64,000 bases of DNA from Dehalococcoidia bacterium (GTDB taxonomy: Bacteria > Chloroflexota > Dehalococcoidia > UBA2979): assembly GCA_965219085.1 (NCBI GenBank), contig OZ244720.1:3215527-3279526 (forward strand). The letters are read 5' to 3'. The notes beneath the pieces are model-generated. The model did not search any database and had not been told where the DNA came from. It saw only the letters and a program-made list of their open reading frames with translations. Made by a program: the position numbers and the translations under genes. Positions 9,570 to 19,894 of the stretch are shown here, one piece after another. Numbering within the stretch: position 1 is the stretch's first letter; the number at the start of each line of letters is the position of its first letter.

Positions 9570-10757
9570 CTATCGCTCGCCGGCCTCGAGGCCCGCGATG
9601 AGATCGAGTAGTCCGGCGGCCTCCCATGCGCGGTTGCGCTTCGACGTGCCGAGCGGGATGAGCACGCCCGCCCCCTCGAGTTCGGCGATCCCGTTGTTGA
9701 CGGCGGGTCGTGTCCGCCCGGTGGCGGCGACCCCGACGGCAACGCTGACGACCGGGTGCGCGGGCAGCGCGTCGATGATCGCCCATGCGGCCGCGTCCGC
9801 ACGTGGGTCCGAGTGCGCGCGGAGCTGCTCTCGCCATGCCTCCTGGGCGTCGGCGACGCGGCCTCGGTAATCGTCGGCGAGGCGGGCCGCTTCGGTTGTG
9901 GCGGTGGCGAAGATCGACACCCAATCGGCGACGCGATCTTCTCGAAACAGCGTGAGGCCCTCGATGTAGCGGTCACGTCGGCGCGCTAACACGACGCTGA
10001 TGGGCGGAACGAACGCCGGCGCGAGTCCGCGCCGGCGCAGCACCACCTGGACGAGCGCGCGTCCGGTCCTGCCGTTGCCGTCGCCGAAGGGGTGGATCGT
10101 CTCGAACTGAGCGTGCGCGATCGCCGCCTGCAGCAGCGGGGGCAACGCGTCGTCGTTGCAGAAGCTGCAGAGGTCTTCGGTGAGTGGCGTGACCTCCTCG
10201 GGCGGCGGAGGCACGAAGTCGGCGCCGCAGGGGTTGTAATCGTTGCCACCGATCCAGTTCTGCTCGTCCCGAAGCTCGCCCGGCTGCTGCCGGCCGGCAT
10301 CGCCGGCGAGGAGGATGCGGTGGATGTCCCGCAGCGCGCCGGGCGTCACACGCTCCGCAGTCGCGGCCTGCTCGACGGCCCACCCCATCGCGTCGATGTT
10401 GGCGATGATCTCGGCGGCTTGCGGGCCAATGTTGCGGCCCGTGTCCCGGTTAGCCTCGGCGCGAGCGAGGGCGCGCGCGTCGGATTGCATGCCCTCGACC
10501 TTCGAGGACGCAATCGACTCGGTGCGGAGCAGCAGGCTGCCGAGCGGGGCAAGTTCGGGTCCCGCCCTGCCGTTGAGGTCGGCAATCGCGTTCTCGGCGT
10601 CGGAGAGCAGCCCGGCGATGTCGCCGGGGAGATCGATAGCAAGTTCCGCGATGCGCCCGGGGACGAACGCGTCATAGCTGCACGCCCGGCGATAGCGGGC
10701 GGGAGCGTAGAGGGCCGGGGCGTGCCGCCAGGTGCGGCGAATGTGGGCGCCTCGCAT
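9570..10757 (-). CDS. Fic family protein (class II-like, internal inhibitory motif)
   Basis: HPFGDGNGRTGR catalytic motif; SSKVEG fits (S/T)xxxE(G/N) N-terminal to it. Confidence 0.92.
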   Translation of the reverse strand: MRGAHIRRTWRHAPALYAPARYRRACSYDAFVPGRIAELAIDLPGDIAGLLSDAENAIADLNGRAGPELAPLGSLLLRTESIASSKVEGMQSDARALARAEANRDTGRNIGPQAAEIIANIDAMGWAVEQAATAERVTPGALRDIHRILLAGDAGRQQPGELRDEQNWIGGNDYNPCGADFVPPPPEEVTPLTEDLCSFCNDDALPPLLQAAIAHAQFETIHPFGDGNGRTGRALVQVVLRRRGLAPAFVPPISVVLARRRDRYIEGLTLFREDRVADWVSIFATATTEAARLADDYRGRVADAQEAWREQLRAHSDPRADAAAWAIIDALPAHPVVSVAVGVAATGRTRPAVNNGIAELEGAGVLIPLGTSKRNRAWEAAGLLDLIAGLEAGER

Positions 10758-10848
10758 GCGAACCTTTCGTACGCAGCTTCGTTGGGAAAGGTTGCTACCT
10801 ATCCTTTACTAACGGGGCTGCGACCGCAAGGGTACGGGCTGGTGCCCC

Positions 10849-11619
10849 TTACGCCGAGGGGCGCAGGTGCGAGATGTGGTCGGGGACGGGTGGGGCCTCC
10901 TCGAGCGCCGTCATCAGCGGCTCGACCAGCGGCACGGCGCCGTCGACGGCGGTGCGCAGCGCGCTCCCCCAGTACTCGCGGATGGCGGCCAGGTCTTCCG
11001 CCTCAAAACGGCGCTCGCTGACCTGGAACGTGTCGCGCCGATACAGCACACAGTCCACCGGCGGATCGACGTCGGAGGCGCAGGTGAAGGTCGCGTCGAA
11101 CGCCAGCAGGCCGTCGCGGAGCGCGTTCAAGAGCGGCTGCTCATGGCTCCACGCGCGATCGAGGATCGGCTTCCCGTAGCGCGACTCGCCGATGATCACG
11201 AAGGGCGTCCCGGAACGCACCTCCACCCAGTTGCCCTCGGGGTACAGCAGGAACAGGTGCGGCTCCGTGTCGTCCTCCAGCTGCCCGCCGACCACGCAGT
11301 GCAGGTCGAACGCCAGTCCGCTTTCGACGAGCCAGCGCTCATCCTCGTCGCGCACGCGCCGCACCTCGGCCGCGAGCGCATTCGCGGCGCGGTAGAGCCG
11401 CGTGAGGTCCGACTCGTCGGTCTCCAGCCGCTCCTCGAAGTACGTCAGCGCCTTGTCGCGGATCGAGCGCAGTCCGCTCGTGAGGATGAAGAGGCAGTGC
11501 TGCTCGCCCTGGTGCACGAGGATCTTCTTGGCGATCGAGGTCTCCGTGCCGCTGGTGATGCGGGTGTCGGCGATCGCCAGCAGGCCTTCCTCGCACTTCA
11601 TGCCGAGGCAGAGCGTCAC
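10849..11619 (-). CDS. anbu: Anbu proteasome-type peptidase (Ntn hydrolase)
   Basis: GTG-ACG start gives N-terminal Thr (TLCLG..ADTRITSG); GESRYGKPILDR motif; operon context. Confidence 0.9.
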   Translation of the reverse strand: MTLCLGMKCEEGLLAIADTRITSGTETSIAKKILVHQGEQHCLFILTSGLRSIRDKALTYFEERLETDESDLTRLYRAANALAAEVRRVRDEDERWLVESGLAFDLHCVVGGQLEDDTEPHLFLLYPEGNWVEVRSGTPFVIIGESRYGKPILDRAWSHEQPLLNALRDGLLAFDATFTCASDVDPPVDCVLYRRDTFQVSERRFEAEDLAAIREYWGSALRTAVDGAVPLVEPLMTALEEAPPVPDHISHLRPSA

Positions 11620-11638
11620 GTGCGAGCCTCTCCGGCGG

Positions 11639-12460
11639 TCACTGCTGTCCCTGGCTCGACGAGGGCGTCGAGCGCACCCTGACGACGGCGCTCCAGTGTT
11701 CGTTGGCAACGCCGCTGAACGCCCCACGCAGCGGCGAGATGTCATCGTAGTCGCGTCCCACGGCGGTGACCACGTAGCGCCCGTCCTGCGCGGCGTTGTT
11801 CGAGGGGTCGAAGCCATGCCAGCCGTCGGGCGCGAGCAGCTGCACCCACGCGTGTCCGGCCTCGCCGACATCCTCGCCTTCGTGCGGCGCGAGGTAGCCG
11901 CTGACGTAGCGCGAGGGGATGCCTTGCATGCGCAAGATCGCGAGCATGAGGTGCGTGAAGTCCTGGCAGACCCCGCTCCCCAGACGGATCAGGTCCAGTG
12001 CAGTCGAGCCGACATCGGTGTGGCCGATCTCGAATTCGAACTCCTCGCTCAGGAACGTGCAGGCCGCCTGGCCTGCCGCGACCGGGTCGAGGCCGTGCGG
12101 GATCGCCTCGGCGAGTTGGACGATGCCGGGATCGAACGGGGATCGCCCGGTCTCGCTGAGCAGCAGGTGGCGCATGAGCGGTGAGATGCCGGGCTCCGGC
12201 ACCGCCGACTCGGCGGTCTCCACCTCGGCTTCCACCGTCACGTGGATCTCGTCGACTTCTTCGACGAAGTCGACGTGGTGGTACTCGTTGCCGAACGCGT
12301 CGAGCAGGCGTTGCGGGTTTGCGTGCGGTTCGAGTTGCAGCGAGGCGTTCAGGCGGCGCTGGCCAAAGGCGTCGGCCGGGAGCACACGCAACTCCGTGTG
12401 CAGCAACCTCACCGCCTGCGAGTAGCGGTAGAGCGAATCCCAGCGCACCCCGACCAGCAC
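11639..12460 (-). CDS. Transglutaminase-like protein
   Basis: DAFGN in the N-terminal domain; triad GVCQDFTH / HAWV / GFDPSN. Confidence 0.93.
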   Translation of the reverse strand: MLVGVRWDSLYRYSQAVRLLHTELRVLPADAFGQRRLNASLQLEPHANPQRLLDAFGNEYHHVDFVEEVDEIHVTVEAEVETAESAVPEPGISPLMRHLLLSETGRSPFDPGIVQLAEAIPHGLDPVAAGQAACTFLSEEFEFEIGHTDVGSTALDLIRLGSGVCQDFTHLMLAILRMQGIPSRYVSGYLAPHEGEDVGEAGHAWVQLLAPDGWHGFDPSNNAAQDGRYVVTAVGRDYDDISPLRGAFSGVANEHWSAVVRVRSTPSSSQGQQ

Positions 12461-12469
12461 GCTATGAGC

Positions 12470-13438
12470 TTACGCGACGGAAGGCAGAACGTGAAATATG
12501 TGTTCGTGCACCAGTCGGTCGACATCGATCAGCCGCGCCTGGAAGTTCTTCATGAACTCGTGCAACCCCTGCCGCACCAGCGCCGCCTCGTCGACGGATT
12601 GGAGGTCGAGGTCAAGCAGCGCGAGCTCGCGCGCGACGTGGATCGTCTGGCCGGCTGGCGTGCGGTGCGAGGCGGCATCGAAGTGCCGGCGGAAGGCGCG
12701 GACGCAGAAATAGAGGCTGCGCGGGAACTGCTCGCTGCGCACCAGCATGGTCGCGACGCGCGGCCCGGTGATGGCGCCTCGATGCGTGATGCGGAACGCC
12801 TGCCAGGCGCTCGCCGATCGCAGTACGGACACCCACTGCGCGCGGTCGATTGCGCCGCCTATATCGTCCGCCGCGGGAAGCAGCACGAAGTACTTCGTGT
12901 CGACGATGCGGCTCGTCATGTCGGCGCGTTCGAGGTAGACGCCGCACCGGAACCAGTCGCGTCCCTCGTCCATGAGCACGGTGTTGTCGAAGAGCCCGAG
13001 GACGGAGGCGACGCCGCTCCGCACGGAGTCGCAGAACGCGTGCATGCCGTCCTGGAAGTCGCGGAAGTCGGTGCGCGTGGCGTGCACGTCGAGGTAGATG
13101 CGGTTGATCTCCTCCCACACCTCGCGCGAGAGCTGTTCGCGCAACTCGCGGGCGAGCGAACGCGCCATGACGAGCGTTCTGCGCAGCGAGTTGGGACTCG
13201 CCGAGGAGAGCAGCAGGAACTCGGCCGGCGACAGCAACGGATCCTCTCGGTGCGCCTCGGCGTACAGCTCGCGCGAGCCTGTGGCGGCGAGCACGGCGTC
13301 CCATGCCTGCTGTTCGCCGTCGACGCCGCCGGTCTCGACTGCCACGGCGTGCGAGACCTCCGCCATGCGCGCGATGTTCTCGACGCGTTCGAGGTCGCGC
13401 CCCAGCCAGTAGAGGTTCTCGGCGACTCGGCTCAGCAT
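12470..13438 (-). CDS. Alpha-E domain protein (DUF403-like)
   Basis: MLSRVAENLYWLGRDLERVENIAR and YLERADMTSRIVD; FPRSL motif. Confidence 0.92.
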   Translation of the reverse strand: MLSRVAENLYWLGRDLERVENIARMAEVSHAVAVETGGVDGEQQAWDAVLAATGSRELYAEAHREDPLLSPAEFLLLSSASPNSLRRTLVMARSLARELREQLSREVWEEINRIYLDVHATRTDFRDFQDGMHAFCDSVRSGVASVLGLFDNTVLMDEGRDWFRCGVYLERADMTSRIVDTKYFVLLPAADDIGGAIDRAQWVSVLRSASAWQAFRITHRGAITGPRVATMLVRSEQFPRSLYFCVRAFRRHFDAASHRTPAGQTIHVARELALLDLDLQSVDEAALVRQGLHEFMKNFQARLIDVDRLVHEHIFHVLPSVA

Positions 13439-13440
13439 CG

Positions 13441-14904
13441 CTAGACCTCGGACGCGCGAGGGGGCCGCAGCACCCACGTGTCCTTGCTGCCGCCGCCCTG
13501 CGATGAGTTCACCACATACGATCCCTCGACGAGCGCGACACGCGTCAGCCCGCCCGGCAGCACCCACGTGTCCCGGCCCGTGAGCGCGAATGGGCGCAGG
13601 TCGGCGCGGCGCGCCCGCAGCCGGCCGTCGAGGAGCGTCGGGATGGAACTGAACTCCTGCAGCGGCTGCGCGATCCAGTTGCGCGGGTCGTCGCGGATCC
13701 GTTCCTCGAGCGCCCGCAGCTCGGCGTCGGAGGCCTGCGGGCCGACCACGAGGCCGTAACCACCGGACTCGCCGGCGGGCTTCACGACCAGCTCGTCGAG
13801 GTGCGCGCACATCTGCTCGAGGTCCTCGGGGAGTACCGCCGCCAGCGTGTCGACGTTGCGGAGGATCGGCTCTTCGCCCAGGTAGTAGCGGATGAAGTCC
13901 GGCACGAAGCGGTACACGACCTTGTCGTCCGCGACGCCCACGCCCATCGCGTTGGCGAGCGTGACGTTGCCCGCGCGGTACGCGTCGGCGAGCCCGGCGA
14001 CGCCGAGCACCGAGTCCGGGCGAAACGCGAGCGGGTCGAGGAAGTCGTCGTCGACGCGCTTGTAGATCACGTCGACGCGTTCCAGGCCCGTCGTCGAGCG
14101 GAGGTACACCGTCTGGTCGTGGACGATGAGGTCGCGCCCCTCGACGAGGTCGACCCCCATCTGCTGCGCGAGGAAGGTGTGCTCGAAGTACGCCGAGTTG
14201 AAGCTGCCCGGCGTGAGGATGACGATGCGCGCCTCCTCGGGCGCGACGCCCTCCGGCCGCACCTCGATCAGCATCTCCAGCAGGTGTTCGGGGTAGTCCG
14301 TGATGGGCGAGACGGCGCCCTCGGGGAACAGCTCCGGCACGGCTTCCAGCATCACTCGCCGGTTCTCGAGCACGTACGAGACGCCCGAGGGCGTGCGCAC
14401 GTTGTCTTCGAGGATCCGGAACTCGCCGTGCTGGTCGCGGATCAGGTCGCTGCCGGCAATGTGGGTGTAGACGCCCTGTGGCGGCTCGAAGCCGACCATG
14501 CGCATGTTGAAGGCCGCGGCGCCGAACAGCACCTCGCCGGGGATCACCCCGTCGGTGACACAGCGCTGGTCGTGGTACACGTCGTGGAGGAACGCGTTGA
14601 GCGCCTGCACCCGCTGCTGGAGCCCGGTATCAATCGTCGTCCACTCATCGTGCGCGACGATGCGCGGAATGATCGAGAACGGGAAAATCCGGTCGACTTC
14701 CGCCTCGTCCTGGTAGACCGTGAACGTGATCCCGCTCGCGAGCAGGTCCATCTCCGAGCGCCGCTGACGGCCGTCGATGTGCTCGATCGACCACGCCCCG
14801 AGCCGGGACGCGAACTCGCTGTATGCGGGGCGAGGGCTGCCATCGGGAGCGAACATCTCGTCGGGCCCGGCGAGCTGTTCGTAGCCGCTGAAGGGGTCGG
14901 ACAC
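13441..14904 (-). CDS. Circularly permuted type 2 ATP-grasp protein
   Basis: EDNVRTPSGVSY, FNSAYFEH, GGLTRVAL..GSYVVNSSQGGGSKDTWV. Confidence 0.95.
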   Translation of the reverse strand: MSDPFSGYEQLAGPDEMFAPDGSPRPAYSEFASRLGAWSIEHIDGRQRRSEMDLLASGITFTVYQDEAEVDRIFPFSIIPRIVAHDEWTTIDTGLQQRVQALNAFLHDVYHDQRCVTDGVIPGEVLFGAAAFNMRMVGFEPPQGVYTHIAGSDLIRDQHGEFRILEDNVRTPSGVSYVLENRRVMLEAVPELFPEGAVSPITDYPEHLLEMLIEVRPEGVAPEEARIVILTPGSFNSAYFEHTFLAQQMGVDLVEGRDLIVHDQTVYLRSTTGLERVDVIYKRVDDDFLDPLAFRPDSVLGVAGLADAYRAGNVTLANAMGVGVADDKVVYRFVPDFIRYYLGEEPILRNVDTLAAVLPEDLEQMCAHLDELVVKPAGESGGYGLVVGPQASDAELRALEERIRDDPRNWIAQPLQEFSSIPTLLDGRLRARRADLRPFALTGRDTWVLPGGLTRVALVEGSYVVNSSQGGGSKDTWVLRPPRASEV

Positions 14905-15183
14905 GAGGGGCTACTCCGTGGCGTGCGCGGCTCGCCCTCGAGCCGGGTGCACCGCTACCGAGCCTGCGGGCGATAGAACCCTCCGGCCCGTGCCTGCTCG
15001 GTCGGCCGCGATCCGGCGCGCATCTGCTGGCTCACGACCCGCAGCCGCGGCTTCGTGACGGTGAGGCTGCCGCGGCTTTGTGTCGTCGTGCGCTGCCGCT
15101 GCATGGCCGTTCCCTCCGGGCGCGGCCACAGCATTGCCGTCACGCATGACGGCCATGTTCCCATGATGTTGCCTTCGTGTGAA

Positions 15184-16485
15184 TCACGAATCGAGGCCTC
15201 CGTGCGACACGGGTTCGTGCAACCTCGCCGGCTCGAAGCGCAGCCGCGGCAGCCGCAGCAGGACGACGAAGAGCAGCGCCGCGACGGCAAAGGAACCGAC
15301 GAACAGCACCAGCGCGAGGTCGTAGCTCCCCGTCACGTCGAAGATCCAGCCGACGATCGTCGGGCTGGTGACGAGTCCGACCTCCTCGACCACCACGATC
15401 GCGCCGAGGAGCGTGCCAAAGTGCGCGATGCCGAACATCCGCGTGAGCAGCATCGCCTCCATGATCGGCCCGCCGCCCGTGCCGACGACCCAGAACGCGA
15501 TGAAGCAGGCAATGCCGATGTAGCCGGGGATGAGCAGGAGCGCGAGCATCGCGAAGATCAGCGAGATACACATCGCGATCACGACATACTCGAACCGTGA
15601 GACCCGATCGCCAATGAACCCGAACCCGACCCGTGAGAACGCGCCGCAGAGCGCGGCCGTCGAGACGATGAACGCGGCGGTACCCCTCGGCACACCGATC
15701 GATTCGTAGAGCGGGATCTGGTGGACGAGCATCCCGAAGAGCCCGAAGAAGAAGCTCGTGAGCGCGATCCCAATCAGCCAGAAGTGCGGCGTCCTGAGCG
15801 CGGCCCGCAGCGAGAGTCCGCTCAGCTGCCGGGGCGAAGCGCCACCCTCCGGCACCGCGTCGCCGTCGGGCTGCGCGCCCACGTCGGCCGGGTCGTTGCG
15901 CACGAGCAGCCCCCCGATCGGGATGAACACGACCAGGATCGCGATGCCCGAGAAGACGAACGACGCCTCCCACCCGATGTTGTCGACCACCAGGCGCATC
16001 GGCGGCACGACCACGACGCCGCCGAGCGAGAACCCCGTCCCGAGGATGCTGAGCGCGACCCCTCGCCGGCGGTCGAACCACCTCGAGATCAACGCCTGGA
16101 ACGGGATGAAGAACATCATCTGGCGGAACACGCCGTTGATGGCCGAGTAGACGTACCACTGCCACAGCTCGGTGGTCGTCGCGAGCAGGACGTAGGTTGC
16201 CGCCGTGGTGACCGCGCCGAAGAGGATGACCTGGCGCGCCCCGCGCGTGTCGACCCAGCGGCCGACGAACGGTCCCATGATCCCGCCGGTCAGCAGCACG
16301 ATCGAGATGGCGCCGGACACCTCGCCGCGCGACCACCCGAATTGGGTCTCGAGGGGCTCGATGTAGAGGCCGACCGACCAGAACGACACCCCGCTGCCGA
16401 GCGTCATCGCGGCGATCGAGCCCGCGAGGAGCCACCACCCGTAGTAGACGCCCCTCAGCCCGCGGGCGCGTGTCGAAACCGCCAT
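15184..16485 (-). CDS. MFS transporter
   Basis: VYYGWWLL, GRWVDTRGAR, about 12 hydrophobic helices. Confidence 0.93.
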   Translation of the reverse strand: MAVSTRARGLRGVYYGWWLLAGSIAAMTLGSGVSFWSVGLYIEPLETQFGWSRGEVSGAISIVLLTGGIMGPFVGRWVDTRGARQVILFGAVTTAATYVLLATTTELWQWYVYSAINGVFRQMMFFIPFQALISRWFDRRRGVALSILGTGFSLGGVVVVPPMRLVVDNIGWEASFVFSGIAILVVFIPIGGLLVRNDPADVGAQPDGDAVPEGGASPRQLSGLSLRAALRTPHFWLIGIALTSFFFGLFGMLVHQIPLYESIGVPRGTAAFIVSTAALCGAFSRVGFGFIGDRVSRFEYVVIAMCISLIFAMLALLLIPGYIGIACFIAFWVVGTGGGPIMEAMLLTRMFGIAHFGTLLGAIVVVEEVGLVTSPTIVGWIFDVTGSYDLALVLFVGSFAVAALLFVVLLRLPRLRFEPARLHEPVSHGGLDS

Positions 16486-16521
16486 CGGGGCGCGCCCGCG
16501 GCTCGCCGGCGCCGCTCGGAC

Positions 16522-17616
16522 CTAGTCCATCACGAGGATCGAACGCCCCGAGATCTGGCCCGCCTCGAGCGCGTCGGTCGCGTCGTTGATGGCGTCGAGC
16601 GGGTACCGCGCGGTCACGAGCGCATCAAGGTCGAGCTCGCCCTCGTTGAACCAGCGCATGAACATCGGGAAGTCGCTGTCGGGACTGCACGAGCCGCCGA
16701 TGCTGCCGATGTACTTCTTCTCCGTGACCAGCAAGTCGCGCGCGTCGAGTTCGACGGGTGTCTGGGGGACGCCGACCAGCACCGCGGTGCCGCCGGTGCT
16801 GTGGCCGAGCACGCCGCCGCGCACCGCCGGCAGGATCTGCTCCATCGTCACGCGCAGGCCGATGCAGTCGAAGGCGTAGTCGGCGCCGGAGACCGGCGTG
16901 CCGTCGCGCTTCAGCTCACCCTCGCGCTGGGTCAGCTCGTGGATGCGGGCGACGGGGTCGACCTCGGAGGCGTTGACGCCGATGGTCGCGCCGAAGCGCT
17001 TCGCGAAGTCCAGCTTCTCCTCGCTCAGATCGACGGCGATGATCGGGTCTGCTCCGATGACGGCCGCCGCCGTGATCGCCGAGAGCCCGACACCGCCGAC
17101 GCCGAACACCGCGACGCTCTCGCCGCGCTGCACGCCCGCCGTGTGGTACACGGCCCCGGCGCCGGTCATGACGGCGCATCCGATGATCGATGTGACATCG
17201 ACGGGCGCGTCGTCCGGCATGGGGACGACGTACTGCTCGTCCGCGATGGTGTGGTCGGCCCACGTGAAGCAGCCGGGCGTCGTGGCGACGCTCCCGTCGG
17301 CGAGCGTCAGGCTCACGCCCTCGACGATGCGGGTCGCCTCGCGGTCGCGGGGCACCCACGTCACCATCACGCGGTCGCCCTCCTTGACGTGGTCCACCTC
17401 GGACCCGGCGGCGAGCACCACCCCGGTCGACTCGTGGCCGAGGAGCGCCTGCGACGGACGCGGGCCGCGCATCTGGTGGAGCTGGGAGTGGCAGACGCCG
17501 CTCGCGAACTGCTTGACGACGACCTGGTACGGCCCGGGATCGGGCAGCTCGACATCCTCGATGCGCAGGCGGCCGGGACCCTCGGGGACCACGACGACGC
17601 GGGCAGGTGTGGGCAT
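16522..17616 (-). CDS. Zinc-binding alcohol dehydrogenase (MDR)
   Basis: GVCHSQLH, LLGHESTG, IIGCAVMTGAGA, VFGVGGVG. Confidence 0.93.
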   Translation of the reverse strand: MPTPARVVVVPEGPGRLRIEDVELPDPGPYQVVVKQFASGVCHSQLHQMRGPRPSQALLGHESTGVVLAAGSEVDHVKEGDRVMVTWVPRDREATRIVEGVSLTLADGSVATTPGCFTWADHTIADEQYVVPMPDDAPVDVTSIIGCAVMTGAGAVYHTAGVQRGESVAVFGVGGVGLSAITAAAVIGADPIIAVDLSEEKLDFAKRFGATIGVNASEVDPVARIHELTQREGELKRDGTPVSGADYAFDCIGLRVTMEQILPAVRGGVLGHSTGGTAVLVGVPQTPVELDARDLLVTEKKYIGSIGGSCSPDSDFPMFMRWFNEGELDLDALVTARYPLDAINDATDALEAGQISGRSILVMD

Positions 17617-17646
17617 GGGTACCTCCGTGTGCTCGCTGGTCGAACG

Positions 17647-18546
17647 CTAGTCGAAGTTGAAGACGGACAGCGCGTTCTCGCGCATATAGCGCCGCATGAT
17701 GCCTTCGCGCAGCGGCAGCGCGAGGCCGTCGGCGACGGCGCGCTCGAACGTCAGGATCGCGTAGTCCGAGGCCCACATCACGCGCTCGCGGCCGCGTGTG
17801 TTCATGTAGTGGACCACCTCGTCGGGGATGTAGCGCGGCGAGAAGCCCGAGGTCATCAGGTAGAAGTTCGCGTGCTTCTGTAGCAGCGCCACGGTCTCGA
17901 CGTGCCACGGGTGCCCGATGTGCGTCGCGACGATGTTCAGCTCTGGGTAGGTGACGAGCACCTCGTCGAGGTCCATCGGGCGCTGGAACTTCGCGAAGCG
18001 CAGCGGCCCGGGCACGCCGACGTTGATCACGATCGGCACGCCGAGCTCGATGCACTTCGTGTAGATCGGGTACATCAGCGGGTGGTTGGGCGGGAGGTTC
18101 ACGAGCGCGCCCATGAGGCGGATTGTGCGGAAGTCGAACTCGTTGACGGCCATCTCGACCATGCGCACGGCGTTCATGCCCTGCGTCGGGTCGATGTTGC
18201 AGCTGCCGCGGAAGCGGTCCGGGAACGCCGCGACGGCGTCCACGACACGCTGGCACGAGGCGCGGAAGTCGTCGATCACCATCGCGTCGCCGTAGCCGCC
18301 GACGTGGGGGTTCGTGTAGTCGCCTCCGAGCGAGACGTTGAGCAGGCCCTTTTGCACGCCGGCGTCGTCCATACGCTCGACGACGTGCGCGGGGCCGACG
18401 CCGCCCAGCAGGTCGGGCGACTTGCCGCCGAACCAGCGCTCGATGTTCGGGTCCATGTCCGTGCGGCGCTCGGTCGCGGGCAGGTTGATGTAGGTGTCGA
18501 CGATCTCGCCGAGTGCGACCTCGCTGCTGGGGTTGTCGATGACCAT
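17647..18546 (-). CDS. Amidohydrolase family (amidohydro_2) protein
   Basis: YPIYTKCIELGVPI..NVGVPGP, THIGHPW, WASDY. Confidence 0.9.
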   Translation of the reverse strand: MVIDNPSSEVALGEIVDTYINLPATERRTDMDPNIERWFGGKSPDLLGGVGPAHVVERMDDAGVQKGLLNVSLGGDYTNPHVGGYGDAMVIDDFRASCQRVVDAVAAFPDRFRGSCNIDPTQGMNAVRMVEMAVNEFDFRTIRLMGALVNLPPNHPLMYPIYTKCIELGVPIVINVGVPGPLRFAKFQRPMDLDEVLVTYPELNIVATHIGHPWHVETVALLQKHANFYLMTSGFSPRYIPDEVVHYMNTRGRERVMWASDYAILTFERAVADGLALPLREGIMRRYMRENALSVFNFD

Positions 18547-18568
18547 CTCGGTGCTCCTTACGCTGTAG

Positions 18569-19810
18569 CTACGCGGTTGCCGCTGCCGGGATGCGGGGCG
18601 GCTCGAGGAAGCGCGAGCTGATCGGCGCGTCGGCCTCGAACGGGCCTGCGAGACCCAGCTCGTCGCTGATCTCGCGCAGCGCGGGCAGCACTTCGTTGCC
18701 GAGCAACTCGATGCAGCGCTTGGCGTCCGGGTGGCTCACGTGCCCGTCGTTGCCCCACAGCGCCATGATGCCGGGTCGCGTCTCCTCGATGAGCACGCGC
18801 ATCTGCTCGACCACCTGGTCGGGCGTGCCCGCAACGATCTGCAGGTTCTCGAGCTGGTGCTCGAACGGCATCGCGCGGCGCGTGGATGCGATCGGCGAGT
18901 TGGCGCGCTTCACGGCCCCCTCGCGGTTCGTCGGCGAGCTGTACCCGGTGGGGGCCGACCACACGGCGTGGCCGAGGCCGGTGAACTCACCCTGCATCCA
19001 CATGTACTGCCGCGCGTTCTCCAGCGCATGCTCCTCGGTGTCCTGCACGTGGACGCGGATCAGGTAGCCGCGGTGCTCGGGGCCGGACGTGTAGCCGGTC
19101 TCCTGCGCGGTGTCCTCGTAGAGCTGCCAGATCTGCTTCGTCTGCTCGATGGTGGTGTTGAGGCAGATGTACGGGTAACGGTTCTCCGCGCACCACACGA
19201 TCGTCTCCGGGCTGGCGACGCCCGGCACCCAGATGCGCGGGTGCGGCTTCTGTAGCGGCAGCGCCCACGGGTTCACGACGCGCAACTGGTAGTGGTCGCC
19301 CTCCCAGCGCCACGGACCGGGCTCCGTCCACGTCTTCACCAGCAACTCGTGCGCCTCGTAGAAGCGGTCACGGTTGAACGCCGGGTTGACGTTGTTCGCG
19401 AACTGCTCGGTGCCCGCACCGCGCACGATGCCGGCGACGAGCCGGCCCTGGGAAATCATGTCGATCATCGAGAGCGACTCGGAGATGGCGACCGGGTTCT
19501 CGATGGTCGGCAGCGGCGTGCCGAGCAGCACGATCTTGATGCGCTCGGTGGCGGCGGCGAGGATGCTGGCCCACACGGTGATCTGCGCCTGCATGCAGAA
19601 CGGCGCGTTGTGGTGCTCGTTAAGCATGATGCCGTCGAAGCCCACCTCCTCGGCGAGCTGGTACTCGACGAGGCGATCGTTGTAGAGCTGGCTCCCGGCG
19701 ACGGGGTCGAAGTTGCTGTTCGAGAACATGAGCGCCGTAACGCCCTCGTCGTCCACGGCGTCCTCGGGGTAGGCGGACATCGGCTGCTCGGTGAAGTACA
19801 TCAGATGCAC
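18569..19810 (-). CDS. Luciferase-like (LLM) flavin-dependent oxidoreductase
   Basis: AEEVGFDGIMLNEHHN, PLQKPHPRIW; paralogue of 8185-9489. GTG start inferred. Confidence 0.92.
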   Translation of the reverse strand: MHLMYFTEQPMSAYPEDAVDDEGVTALMFSNSNFDPVAGSQLYNDRLVEYQLAEEVGFDGIMLNEHHNAPFCMQAQITVWASILAAATERIKIVLLGTPLPTIENPVAISESLSMIDMISQGRLVAGIVRGAGTEQFANNVNPAFNRDRFYEAHELLVKTWTEPGPWRWEGDHYQLRVVNPWALPLQKPHPRIWVPGVASPETIVWCAENRYPYICLNTTIEQTKQIWQLYEDTAQETGYTSGPEHRGYLIRVHVQDTEEHALENARQYMWMQGEFTGLGHAVWSAPTGYSSPTNREGAVKRANSPIASTRRAMPFEHQLENLQIVAGTPDQVVEQMRVLIEETRPGIMALWGNDGHVSHPDAKRCIELLGNEVLPALREISDELGLAGPFEADAPISSRFLEPPRIPAAATA

Positions 19811-19894
19811 GGTTGGTCTCCTCGATACTCCTGGGGGCCGAAGCGCAGCATAGCGGGAATGCGACCGGTGCCGCATGGCCCCGGGCGTGCGCAG

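Noticed and set aside
14911-15156. Small ORF as peptide substrate for the ATP-grasp/Anbu system
   Set aside because: No RBS or precursor-like features; overlapping alternative ORFs are equally plausible; unsupported.
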